64,000 nucleotides of DNA from a bacterium (GTDB lineage Bacteria; Patescibacteriota; Patescibacteriia; UBA9570), in assembly GCA_030698395.1 (NCBI GenBank), contig JAUYKW010000001.1:93735-157734 (forward strand), read 5' to 3'. Position 1 is the stretch's first letter. Each line of letters starts with the position of its first letter. Under the pieces are notes generated by a model. That model was not told the DNA's origin. It saw only the letters and a program-made list of their open reading frames with translations, and searched no databases. A program made the position numbers and the translations under genes. Below are positions 49,908 to 58,542 of the stretch, piece by piece.

Positions 49908-50495
49908 TTATAATCCTAAATCGATCATTACTTCGTCTTCAGGTAAGAATGATAAATCATTAGCCCTAACAGTTAATCCTTCTGCATCAGCTGGAACTAA
50001 AAAGTATCCATCCCATCCAACTGTTTGAGTTGGTTGTACAGTAATATAAACTGGTGACATATCGTCCTCTACATAAATTGTAGTATCAGTAGAAACAGAG
50101 AACTCATTATCATCTGCATCCATAACAACTATAGACGTAGAATCAACAGATTGAGATTCTTTTGAATTGTTTGTAACTTCACCTTCAAGGTGAACCCATT
50201 GAAATCCATCATCAGCAGGAAGTGCTTCTGCAATTAAATCCCATTGTTCAAGAGTATAATCAATTGGAATTTCATCCAATAGTTCAACAGATGTTATGGA
50301 GTGAGTAATATCACCTGCCACTGCATCTTCTCCAACTTTATAAGTTGTAGCTACAACTGGTTGCTCTACTTTTGCATCTCCAACTTTTGTTGGTGTAGTG
50401 GTAGAAGGAGTTGTTGTTTGCCCGCCAAACAAAGAACATCCTGCTAACGCTGCTGATGCAACGAATAGTGCACCGAACTTGAAATATGTTTTCAT
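49908..50495 (-). CDS. Lipoprotein with a DUF4352-like beta-sandwich domain
   Basis: Lipobox LAGCS. Acidic Ig-like domain. Confidence 0.55.
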   Translation of the reverse strand: MKTYFKFGALFVASAALAGCSLFGGQTTTPSTTTPTKVGDAKVEQPVVATTYKVGEDAVAGDITHSITSVELLDEIPIDYTLEQWDLIAEALPADDGFQWVHLEGEVTNNSKESQSVDSTSIVVMDADDNEFSVSTDTTIYVEDDMSPVYITVQPTQTVGWDGYFLVPADAEGLTVRANDLSFLPEDEVMIDLGL

Positions 50496-50519
50496 ATTTA
50501 TGATTTATTTATTAATTAA

Positions 50520-51029
50520 TTACTCTACTATTAAAGTACCTTCCATAGAACTATGACCAGAACCACAATAAACATTACATGACATAGTATAAGTTCCAGA
50601 TTTATCAGCAATAAATTCTATCTTGGTAATTTCACCGGGTGATACTACCTCACTAACACCAAATTCTGAAATACTAATACCATGCTCAACATCAGTACTG
50701 GTAAAATTAATAATTACGGTATCACCTTCATTTACTGTAATGGTGCTGGGTTCATAATTATATTGTGTAGCCACAATATTAAATTCTTTAACATTACCTT
50801 CAATTTCTGTTACAGTCTTTTCTTCTAATCCATCATCACTAATAATTTCAACTCCTGTTTCAGTCACCATTGCATCTTGTCCTGGATTTTCTGATGCAAT
50901 ATCAACAATATTCTCAATGTCATTTGAAGTATTTATATTTTCAGAGGTTGTTTCTACTGTAGATTGTATGCATCCAGATAACAAAGTTAATCCTGCCACT
51001 AATGATGCTATTAAGTATATTTTTTGCAT
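50520..51029 (-). CDS. Cupredoxin-domain lipoprotein with a CuA-like Cys/His/Met ligand pattern
   Basis: Lipobox LSGC. VTVNEGDTVIINFTSTDVEHGISI...YTMSCNVYCGSGHSSMEGTLIV, compared with H...CxExCGxxHxxM. Confidence 0.7.
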   Translation of the reverse strand: MQKIYLIASLVAGLTLLSGCIQSTVETTSENINTSNDIENIVDIASENPGQDAMVTETGVEIISDDGLEEKTVTEIEGNVKEFNIVATQYNYEPSTITVNEGDTVIINFTSTDVEHGISISEFGVSEVVSPGEITKIEFIADKSGTYTMSCNVYCGSGHSSMEGTLIVE

Positions 51030-51107
51030 TTAGTAATTGATAAATTTTTATATCTTTCAAATGGGATTATACACGATTCAGAAGGCTAAAACAAGGTTTT
51101 TATTAAA

Positions 51108-51143
51108 AGTCAAAAACAAAACAAGGGCGCACATGCGCCCTTG
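51108..51143 (-). terminator. Intrinsic terminator of hup: perfect hairpin CAAGGGCGC-ACA-TGCGCCCTTG followed on the minus strand by TTTTGTTTTTG
   Basis: Hairpin at 51122..51143. T-rich tract at 51108..51121 (A-rich on +). Confidence 0.65.
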
Positions 51144-51161
51144 TAAATAGATAAATGTCTA

Positions 51162-51446
51162 TTATAAGATTGCATCTTTAGCAGCTTTAGATACTCTAAA
51201 CTTTAACACTGTCTTTGCAGGAATATGAATAGATTCACCAGTTGCTGGGTTACGTCCCATTCGTGCTTTACGATCCTTTTTCTGTACCTTACCAAGTCCT
51301 GGTAATGTTACTTCTCCATCTGCTTTTACATGAGTATAAATCATGCTTACAAATACTTCCCACATTTCAGTCATTTCCTTTTTGGACATGCCTGATTTTT
51401 CTGCTAGCGCAGCCATAAATTGGCTTTTTGTCATTGGTTTAGCCAT
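51162..51446 (-). CDS. hup: HU-family DNA-binding protein
   Basis: MTKSQFMAALAEKSGMSKKE...GLGKVQKKDRKARMGRNPATGESIHIPAKTVLKF. Confidence 0.9.
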   Translation of the reverse strand: MAKPMTKSQFMAALAEKSGMSKKEMTEMWEVFVSMIYTHVKADGEVTLPGLGKVQKKDRKARMGRNPATGESIHIPAKTVLKFRVSKAAKDAIL

Positions 51447-51554
51447 AGGTGTGATTTTTACCTAAATTATTAGATCGAGTGTACTATACACCATTATTGG
51501 CTTTTTTAAAATACATTGTGGAAAACTTGATAATTTTATGATATCGTACTGCCC

Positions 51555-52673
51555 ATGGATGAAACACTTCTCATGATGATTGCCATTAGCATTTTGGTCG
51601 CTGCAGTGATTGGCTGGAAGAGCGGAATAGCTACTGCTTTGATGGAAATTGCTGCTGGAGTTATAATTGGAAATATTTTTCCAATTGAATTACCAGAGCT
51701 AGTAAATACCTTATCCGAACTTGGATTAATTACCCAGATGTTCATGGCAGGGTTAGAAATTGACCTGTCGTTTCTTAAACAAAAAGGTAAAGAAAGCATA
51801 AAAATTGGTATTATTTCATATACAATTCCTTTTGCAGTAATTGGATTAGCAGTTTATATTCTTTTTGATTTATCATTCCAACAAACAATCTTATTTTCCC
51901 TTGCGCTATCAACTTCATCAGTTGGCATTATCTATACAATATTAAGAAGAAAAGGAATTTTAGGACCACGTCGCAAATTGATTTTATCTTCCATTATGGT
52001 TACAGAATTTATCTCCATGGTGATATTAGGCCTCTATTACTCAGATATCACATGGACAGTGCTAGCCGTTCTATTTTTTATAATCTTGGCAACTCTCGGT
52101 TATGGATATTTACAAAAAAGCTATCATCCATTTCAAGAATCTACTACAGAAAATATCTCCATAAAATTTATTTTAGCGATATTACTAATAGCAGAATTTC
52201 TAGCAAGTGGCAGTGGTGTTGATGTTATATTAATAGTATTTATTCTTGGAATGTTACTAGCGAAGTATGTAGAAGACCATGCAACCCTAAAAAATGAAAT
52301 CGAAGCAATTAGTTTTGGATTTCTAACTCCAATTTTCTTCTTTGCCACTGGCTTTGGAATATCATTAACTGAATTTGGAGGAGTATTTTGGCAAGTAGCA
52401 GCACTTGTTACTATTTCTTTCTCAATCACTTTTATAGTTACTTATCTTGTTGCAAAAAAGAATTTTCAAAAAAGAGCTAGGATTACAGCTATTTTATTCA
52501 ATGCGCCCATGAGTATAGGAATCGTAGCTGCTACCATTGGAATAGAAAAAGGTATCATCGATCACCAACAATATCTAATCCTACTAGGAACAGTTGTAAT
52601 ATCTTCATTAATAGCAATCCTCCTAGGAAGATATCCAGAAGATAAACTTAAAATAACTAAACCTGCTAGTTAA
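51555..52673 (+). CDS. Monovalent cation:proton antiporter (CPA-superfamily Na+/H+ exchanger-like membrane domain)
   Basis: About 11 TM helices and CPA-type hydrophobic motif pattern. No C-terminal regulatory domain. Confidence 0.75.
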   Translation: MDETLLMMIAISILVAAVIGWKSGIATALMEIAAGVIIGNIFPIELPELVNTLSELGLITQMFMAGLEIDLSFLKQKGKESIKIGIISYTIPFAVIGLAVYILFDLSFQQTILFSLALSTSSVGIIYTILRRKGILGPRRKLILSSIMVTEFISMVILGLYYSDITWTVLAVLFFIILATLGYGYLQKSYHPFQESTTENISIKFILAILLIAEFLASGSGVDVILIVFILGMLLAKYVEDHATLKNEIEAISFGFLTPIFFFATGFGISLTEFGGVFWQVAALVTISFSITFIVTYLVAKKNFQKRARITAILFNAPMSIGIVAATIGIEKGIIDHQQYLILLGTVVISSLIAILLGRYPEDKLKITKPAS

Positions 52674-53143
52674 AATTGTACGGTCAAATCAGATTTTTCT
52701 GAAGCATCAATCGATTCTTCAATTTTTGCCTGAGCTTTTATATGCCACTCATGTTTTTTACTTTGCGCCATATTATTTAACTTAGCTAATGTACCCAACA
52801 TTCCTTCTTGATCAGAACCTCCAGAGATAGCATTAACTGGAATAGAAAATATGAATTCTTTATTTTCTCCAGGAGTTAAAGTAAATTTTTCTGTATTTTC
52901 TTTCTTAGCTAAAATTGTATCTTTCCATTTTTGATTTCTTTCACCGCCTAATTTTGTTTCAGTCCAACTATCTCTTTGATTAACTACAACTTCTACTCCG
53001 GTAATTATTTGCTCTAATTTACCACCTAATACTGATACTTTTATCTCTATTGTTTCGCCATTTTGAACAACGTTTGGTGCTTCCAAACTTAACTTTGCGC
53101 CACCAATGTTCATTGCGCCCTTAACCTTGTCGAATAATCCCAT
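52670..53143 (-). CDS. Spo0M-like (arrestin-fold) protein
   Basis: N-terminus MGLFDKVKGAMNIGGAKLSLEAPNVVQNGETIEIKVSVLGGKLEQIITGVEVVV matches the Spo0M family N-terminal pattern MxFFKKxKAxxGIGxAKVDTxL...G.V.GxVxxKGG...I..I. Confidence 0.5.
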   Translation of the reverse strand: MGLFDKVKGAMNIGGAKLSLEAPNVVQNGETIEIKVSVLGGKLEQIITGVEVVVNQRDSWTETKLGGERNQKWKDTILAKKENTEKFTLTPGENKEFIFSIPVNAISGGSDQEGMLGTLAKLNNMAQSKKHEWHIKAQAKIEESIDASEKSDLTVQF

Positions 53144-53156
53144 ATTGTCGTGTTTA

Positions 53157-54437
53157 CTAATTATCTTTAAGCTCTTCTAAAGTAACCTTAATTTCCTTTT
53201 CCTCTCCATCATGTAATATTTTAAGACTAACATTATCTCCAACTTGTTTCTTTTGAATTATCTTTTCTAAGCGATTCTCCGGATTAATCTTTTGATTATC
53301 AACTTCAGTAATTATATCATTTTCTACGATTCCTGCTTTATCAGCTGGTGATCCTGGCATAACAGCTAAATCCGTTGGTGTTTCTCCACGTAAAACTAAG
53401 ACTCCATAATCTATAGTCATATTATTTGCCTCTACTAATTCCGGAGTGATCGCAATAAAACGTACCCCTAAATATGGCCTTGAAATAGATCCTGTTTCTT
53501 TTATTGAATTTACTACATTTTTAATAGTGTTCGCTGGCAAAGCAAATCCGATATTCTCTGAACCAAAAGCCACCGCTACATTAACACCAATAACTTCACC
53601 GTCTAAATTAAGTAGTGGTCCTCCGGAATTACCAGGATTAATTGCAGCATCTGTTTGAATAACATCATCTAATAATTCTGAGCTACCAAATCCGTCTCCT
53701 GCAACAATTGATCTAGCAAGGCCAGATACAACTCCAACTGATACTGAATTATCAAATTCGCTTAAAGCATTTCCTATTGCAATAACTGTTTGCCCAGACT
53801 TTATTTGATCGGAATCACCAAAAGATAAAAATGGAAAATCATTTCCTTCTATTTTTATAGTTGCAATATCATTTAAGGGATCACGTGCTACCACACTAGC
53901 TGTATATTGGGTACCATCCATTAATGTAACTGCATATTCTGCCTGAGGATCATCAATGACATGCTTATTAGTAACTATTAGACCATCTGCTGATACCAAA
54001 AAACCAGATCCACCTCCAACTTCTTGTTTTTCAGTTCCATTTTCACGATATTGCGGAATCTGGAAGCCACTACCCGGACCAAACAATCCACCAAAAGGAT
54101 CTTCTTCGTAATATTGCTCAATAATCGGAACATCTTTACTAATCGCAATTGAAACAACAGCTGGTTGTACATTTTCAACAGATTGTATAACCATATCTTC
54201 CTGAGTGATAATGTTTTTGTTATCACTTGTGAGATTTAGATCATCATTTAAAGCCAGCGCTGACTCCACGTCTTGATTAGCATCTAGCCACTGAGATATT
54301 AATCCAGGATTGAAATAAATACTGCCAATTACAGTTGCACACACAACTGACGCAGCAATAATGCCAGATAACAATCCGACAACTATGGAAATTGGGGTGT
54401 TATTGTTTTGATTTGTCATAATATTTCTAGTATACAA
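53157..54437 (-). CDS. htrA: HtrA/DegP-family trypsin-like serine protease with a PDZ domain, membrane-anchored
   Basis: TM anchor. Catalytic H (TNKHVI), D, and S (GNSGGPLLN). C-terminal PDZ. Confidence 0.88.
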   Translation of the reverse strand: MYTRNIMTNQNNNTPISIVVGLLSGIIAASVVCATVIGSIYFNPGLISQWLDANQDVESALALNDDLNLTSDNKNIITQEDMVIQSVENVQPAVVSIAISKDVPIIEQYYEEDPFGGLFGPGSGFQIPQYRENGTEKQEVGGGSGFLVSADGLIVTNKHVIDDPQAEYAVTLMDGTQYTASVVARDPLNDIATIKIEGNDFPFLSFGDSDQIKSGQTVIAIGNALSEFDNSVSVGVVSGLARSIVAGDGFGSSELLDDVIQTDAAINPGNSGGPLLNLDGEVIGVNVAVAFGSENIGFALPANTIKNVVNSIKETGSISRPYLGVRFIAITPELVEANNMTIDYGVLVLRGETPTDLAVMPGSPADKAGIVENDIITEVDNQKINPENRLEKIIQKKQVGDNVSLKILHDGEEKEIKVTLEELKDN

Positions 54438-54576
54438 TATTTTTTTAAGCTTTCAAGTGTAAAGATTAATTAATATTTTTTAGCTAAAACTAGCTATTAA
54501 ATTTATGTTTTATAATAATCTATACACTTGCTGTTGTTATATTAAAGCGGTACTATAAAGTAGAATTTTTCATATA

Positions 54577-55284
54577 ATGAATAAAATTGATATTATCATT
54601 CCAGCATATAATGAAGAGCATCGCATAAGTGATACTCTTTCCCAATATGCTAATTTTTTTTCTAATAATACACAATTAACAATTGTGCTAAATGGTTGTA
54701 CTGATAATACGCATGAAATAGTGAAATTATTTCAGCAAGATCATCCTGAAATAATTTCCATCATAAATATTCCAGAAGCAATTGGAAAAGGCGCAGCAAT
54801 TATTGAGGGCTGGAAAAAATCTACGGCGGACATTGTAGGATTTGTAGATGCAGATAATGCAACTCAACCTGATGAATTTGAAAAACTAATCAAAACAATC
54901 GACGGTCATGATGGTGTAATTGCATCACGGTTTTTACCTGAATCACAAATAATAAATCGTCAATCAACACTACGGACAATAATGAGCAGAGCATATATAC
55001 TATTCGTTAAGCTACTCTTTCAATTGCCTTACTCTGATACCCAATGTGGTGCCAAACTATTTAAAAGAAATGTTATTCAGCGAATTCTCCCAGAATTAAA
55101 ACATGCAGACATGTCCTTTGATGTAGAACTATTATGGAAACTAAAAAAAGCTCAAACCGATATAATAGAAATTCCTACTATTTGGGTAGATAAGCCAGGA
55201 TCAGCAATGTTAGGATCTACCGGTAATTTCCTAAAAACTGGAGCCAATATGTTAGCAAAACTAGCAAAGCTACGCTTCTTCTAA
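54577..55284 (+). CDS. Family-2 glycosyltransferase, DPM1/GtrB-like polyprenyl-phosphate sugar synthase type
   Basis: IDIIIPAYNEE...VDADNATQP (DXD). About 235 aa, soluble. Confidence 0.8.
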   Translation: MNKIDIIIPAYNEEHRISDTLSQYANFFSNNTQLTIVLNGCTDNTHEIVKLFQQDHPEIISIINIPEAIGKGAAIIEGWKKSTADIVGFVDADNATQPDEFEKLIKTIDGHDGVIASRFLPESQIINRQSTLRTIMSRAYILFVKLLFQLPYSDTQCGAKLFKRNVIQRILPELKHADMSFDVELLWKLKKAQTDIIEIPTIWVDKPGSAMLGSTGNFLKTGANMLAKLAKLRFF

Positions 55285-55297
55285 ACCAATCTGCCAG

Positions 55298-55633
55298 TTA
55301 CCCATTAACAATAGCTCCTAGAGCTACTAAACCATTAGCGACAATCCATAAAACAGAAGTAAGTATCAATGGCTTTTCTTTGTGTAAAATACTGTATGTA
55401 AGCCAAAAGAAATTTAAACCAAAATATGTACTCCAAGAAATGACAGATACACCTTCTGCTCCAGGCTCCGTCCAAACTTTCGTAATTTGTGGAATTGTCA
55501 TCAAAGGGCCAATGAATGCAACTACGTAAACAACTCTATCAATGTACTTTTTGAAAGTTGGATGCTCTGTAATTGGATGTGGCTTATTTTTTTTACGATG
55601 ACGCTTTTTTTGATGATGAATAAGTGCAAACAT
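55298..55633 (-). CDS. Small 3-TM PQ-loop (SemiSWEET/LAB_N-like) membrane protein
   Basis: VAFIGPLMTIPQITKVW...GVSVISWSTYFGLNFFWLTYSIL...KPLILTSVLWIVANGLVALGAIV. PQ motif in TM1. Confidence 0.5.
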   Translation of the reverse strand: MFALIHHQKKRHRKKNKPHPITEHPTFKKYIDRVVYVVAFIGPLMTIPQITKVWTEPGAEGVSVISWSTYFGLNFFWLTYSILHKEKPLILTSVLWIVANGLVALGAIVNG

Positions 55634-55680
55634 GCTAGTAGACTAGCAATTATTTATTTATTAAACAAGCTTTATTAAGT

Positions 55681-55707
55681 AAAAACCCCCGTTGAGCGGG
55701 GGTTTTA
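55681..55707. terminator. Intrinsic terminator hairpin AAAAACCCCCG-TTGA-GCGGGGGTTTT, bidirectional
   Basis: Perfect 7-bp GC stem flanked by an A-tract and a T-tract, downstream of minus-strand gene 55720..56790. Confidence 0.7.
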
Positions 55708-55719
55708 ATTTATTAATTA

Positions 55720-56790
55720 CTAATTTACGGTAATTTTTTTCTTAGCAACCTTGGTTTTAAACTTCGCTTTAATTACCTGTGTTTTTCCGGGCTTCATTCG
55801 ATGAGAATATTTTCCTTTCTTATTAGTGCGCAATGATTTGAATTTTACAAAAGTATCTGTACCTTTTACTTTCTTCCATAAAGTTACGCGCTTGTCCTTC
55901 TTTCCACTCCTAATCCAGCCAAATATTTTTGTATATTTACCTTTCTTGATCGTTCCTTTTGTTGCAGCAATACTAACTGGTTTCTTTCTTGCAACAGTGA
56001 TTGATGTAGCTGCTGTAGAAGCAGATAATGAACTTATTACAGTTTTAGTTTCAGACATTAACACACTAATATCCACATCAGCACCACCTCTTTCTGTATT
56101 CTCAGTTACTGCTAATGTTGCTTGTTCATCATTTAATGAAACAGCCAAATCTTCAATATTTAATGTTGTATCACTATATGAACTCAATAAATCTATCACA
56201 GCTTGAGGAATGAACATGTAAAAATTAACAGTGGATCCAGCAGGGCCGGATAGTTCAAATCCAAAGTTAGCATCATTTTCATCGGGAGGAATTATATTCC
56301 AAGTATCAGTATTAGTAGCCATAGTTGTACCAATCATTTCTGATGGTAAACCATTACCTGCATCATCCGGCCAAACAACAGCTATACTAAATGGATCTGG
56401 GCTCGTTGGTATTTCAGGTATATCAAAGTCTAAATTTGCTGAAGGAGCACCAAATTCAATACCTTCCGCAAAACCAGTAAAATCAACATATACTGTTAAT
56501 GTTCCAGCATTAGCATCATAAACCCAAGGTTGTAATTCTTCGGCACCTACTAGCACCACCATAGCTGGTTCTGCATCAACGGTATATACAGCCGTATATT
56601 GAGTTCCAATTACCCCTCCAAACACATCTAAATGAGTTCCCGCAGGAACATCACTTGTGCCACCATACTGACTTAAATCCGTTGCCGTAGGATTAATGTT
56701 AACAAGTTCTGCTGTTCCGGCATTAGCTACTGCTGGAATAGCAAAAATAGCCACTACTAGGCTAAAAAGTATTGATAAAAGCTTCTTCAT
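55720..56790 (-). CDS. Secreted hypothetical protein with a Lys-rich C-terminal tail module
   Basis: Signal peptide MKKLLSILFSLVVAIFAIPAVANA. C-terminal KKGKYTKIFGWIRSGKKDKRVTLWKKVKG...KAKFKTKVAKKK. Confidence 0.65.
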   Translation of the reverse strand: MKKLLSILFSLVVAIFAIPAVANAGTAELVNINPTATDLSQYGGTSDVPAGTHLDVFGGVIGTQYTAVYTVDAEPAMVVLVGAEELQPWVYDANAGTLTVYVDFTGFAEGIEFGAPSANLDFDIPEIPTSPDPFSIAVVWPDDAGNGLPSEMIGTTMATNTDTWNIIPPDENDANFGFELSGPAGSTVNFYMFIPQAVIDLLSSYSDTTLNIEDLAVSLNDEQATLAVTENTERGGADVDISVLMSETKTVISSLSASTAATSITVARKKPVSIAATKGTIKKGKYTKIFGWIRSGKKDKRVTLWKKVKGTDTFVKFKSLRTNKKGKYSHRMKPGKTQVIKAKFKTKVAKKKITVN

Positions 56791-56896
56791 ATTTTTTTGT
56801 AACTTATTAAATTATCTAACTCCTTAATTATATATAATAATGTTTAATTTGTCATTAATGATTGACTACAATAATATCAACAGCTAGTATCAAGTT

Positions 56897-57580
56897 ATGT
56901 TAAGTCTTGTAAAAATCAATCAAATTAAATTATTACATACCAACAAAGGCAGGGACAAATCTGGTCTATGTTTGGTTGAAGGCGAAAAAAGCATCGCTAT
57001 GGCAAAAGATATGGTCGAATATACCTTTTCTGTTGAAGATACTGAGTATTTTAAGGAGTTAGTATCCACGCAAGCACCTCAATCTATTGCTGCAGTAGCC
57101 AGAATTCCACAATGGGCAAAATTAGATATTGAAAAATCTAGAACAATTGTAGTACTAGATGGAGTTCAAGATCCAGGAAATGTCGGTACCATCCTCAGGC
57201 TCTGTTCTGGGTTCGATGCAACAGTACTGGCACTGGAATCAGTAGATATTACAAATCCTAAAGTAATCCGTTCCTCTGCCGGAGCTATGTTTATGGTTCC
57301 TTGGCTTAAAATGAATCGTCCGAACGGTCATGCCTATCTAGAAAAACTATCAGCTTCCAGAAAAATATTTCGGCTTGAAAAAAAATCAAATGGAAAAAAT
57401 ATTGAAGAATTAACTACTGCGTCTGATATTATATTGATTGCAGGATCAGAAGGAAATGGAATTATACTTGATACTACTGGAACCTCCATTTCAATCAATC
57501 ATAATAAAAATTTAGAATCGCTGAATATTAGTCATGCTCTAGCCATTGCACTTCATTCCAGATACCAAGCTCATACTTAA
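56897..57580 (+). CDS. SpoU/TrmH-family RNA 2'-O-methyltransferase
   Basis: VVLDGVQDPGNVGTILR...IAGSEGNGI SPOUT motifs. Confidence 0.8.
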   Translation: MLSLVKINQIKLLHTNKGRDKSGLCLVEGEKSIAMAKDMVEYTFSVEDTEYFKELVSTQAPQSIAAVARIPQWAKLDIEKSRTIVVLDGVQDPGNVGTILRLCSGFDATVLALESVDITNPKVIRSSAGAMFMVPWLKMNRPNGHAYLEKLSASRKIFRLEKKSNGKNIEELTTASDIILIAGSEGNGIILDTTGTSISINHNKNLESLNISHALAIALHSRYQAHT

Positions 57581-57588
57581 ATATTCTA

Positions 57589-58224
57589 TTGATCATGGAT
57601 TGTCCAAACTGCAAAATAAAAATGAATCCTGTAAAAACAGAATCTCATTATGGTGCCAAAATAGTATTGGATCAGTGTCTACAATGTGGTGGTACTTGGT
57701 TTGATAATTCAGAGCCTTTTGAGGTAAAACATGGTGGTGCTGATAAACTTTCAAATCTAGACTCGCAAAAACTATCAGAGAACAGCATAATTAACAATAT
57801 GGATCTTGTGTGTCCTCGCGATAAAACAAAGTTAAGCCTATTTGAAGATGCTAATTTTCCAAAATCTATCATTGTTGATCACTGTAAAAAATGTGGTGGC
57901 TTTTGGTTCAATCGTGGTGAGTTCAACGCTTTTCAAGATAATAAAAGAAGGAAACAAACAAACAAGAAAACCACCAAAGATACCAACTTAAGTAACCAGA
58001 TAGAACAAATGCTAGCAATGCATAGCACACAAGATAAGTACAAACCACTAAAACAATTAGGAGATTATTTATCTACACCTGTTAATCCATATTCAAAACA
58101 CCTTTTCGTAGATGACAAATATAAAGAACCCACAAAAAAAGTTCTAGCAACTGTAGAAACAATCGGTGCAGGAATTGTTGTCGCAATTCAACTTCTGAGA
58201 ATTGTTAGTAATTTTCTTCACTAA
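57589..58224 (+). CDS. Protein with two zf-TFIIB-like zinc ribbons and a C-terminal hydrophobic segment
   Basis: CPNCK...CLQCGGTWFDNSE and CPRDK...CKKCGGFWFNRGE. C-terminal VETIGAGIVVAIQLL. Confidence 0.6.
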   Translation: MIMDCPNCKIKMNPVKTESHYGAKIVLDQCLQCGGTWFDNSEPFEVKHGGADKLSNLDSQKLSENSIINNMDLVCPRDKTKLSLFEDANFPKSIIVDHCKKCGGFWFNRGEFNAFQDNKRRKQTNKKTTKDTNLSNQIEQMLAMHSTQDKYKPLKQLGDYLSTPVNPYSKHLFVDDKYKEPTKKVLATVETIGAGIVVAIQLLRIVSNFLH

Positions 58225-58227
58225 AAT

Positions 58228-58437
58228 CTAATTGAACAAATCGTTTTGAGCGCGCAAAGAAATTTCTTCACGTAACATATCTACGTGATTTTTTTCTTCT
58301 GCTAAAATTTGTTTTAGTGCTGGTACACTATGACACTTAGCTTTCTCAGAATCTTCTACATAATGCTTTTCTAATCTCCAGACGTTATCCATCTTTAGAT
58401 GAAGAAGTTTTACTAAATCATAATTTATATTTTTCAT
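58228..58437 (-). CDS. Small hypothetical protein (69 aa)
   Basis: ORF only. It sits 4 nt from the stop of the convergent upstream gene. Weak ferritin-like flavour. Low support. Confidence 0.3.
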   Translation of the reverse strand: MKNINYDLVKLLHLKMDNVWRLEKHYVEDSEKAKCHSVPALKQILAEEKNHVDMLREEISLRAQNDLFN

Positions 58438-58542
58438 ATCCCAAATATTATTTATTAATTATTTTCATCTTAACAGATTTATCAATATAAATAAATAATA
58501 TAAAGCTTACTTAAGCCAAAAAAAAGTGATAAACTACACTAA

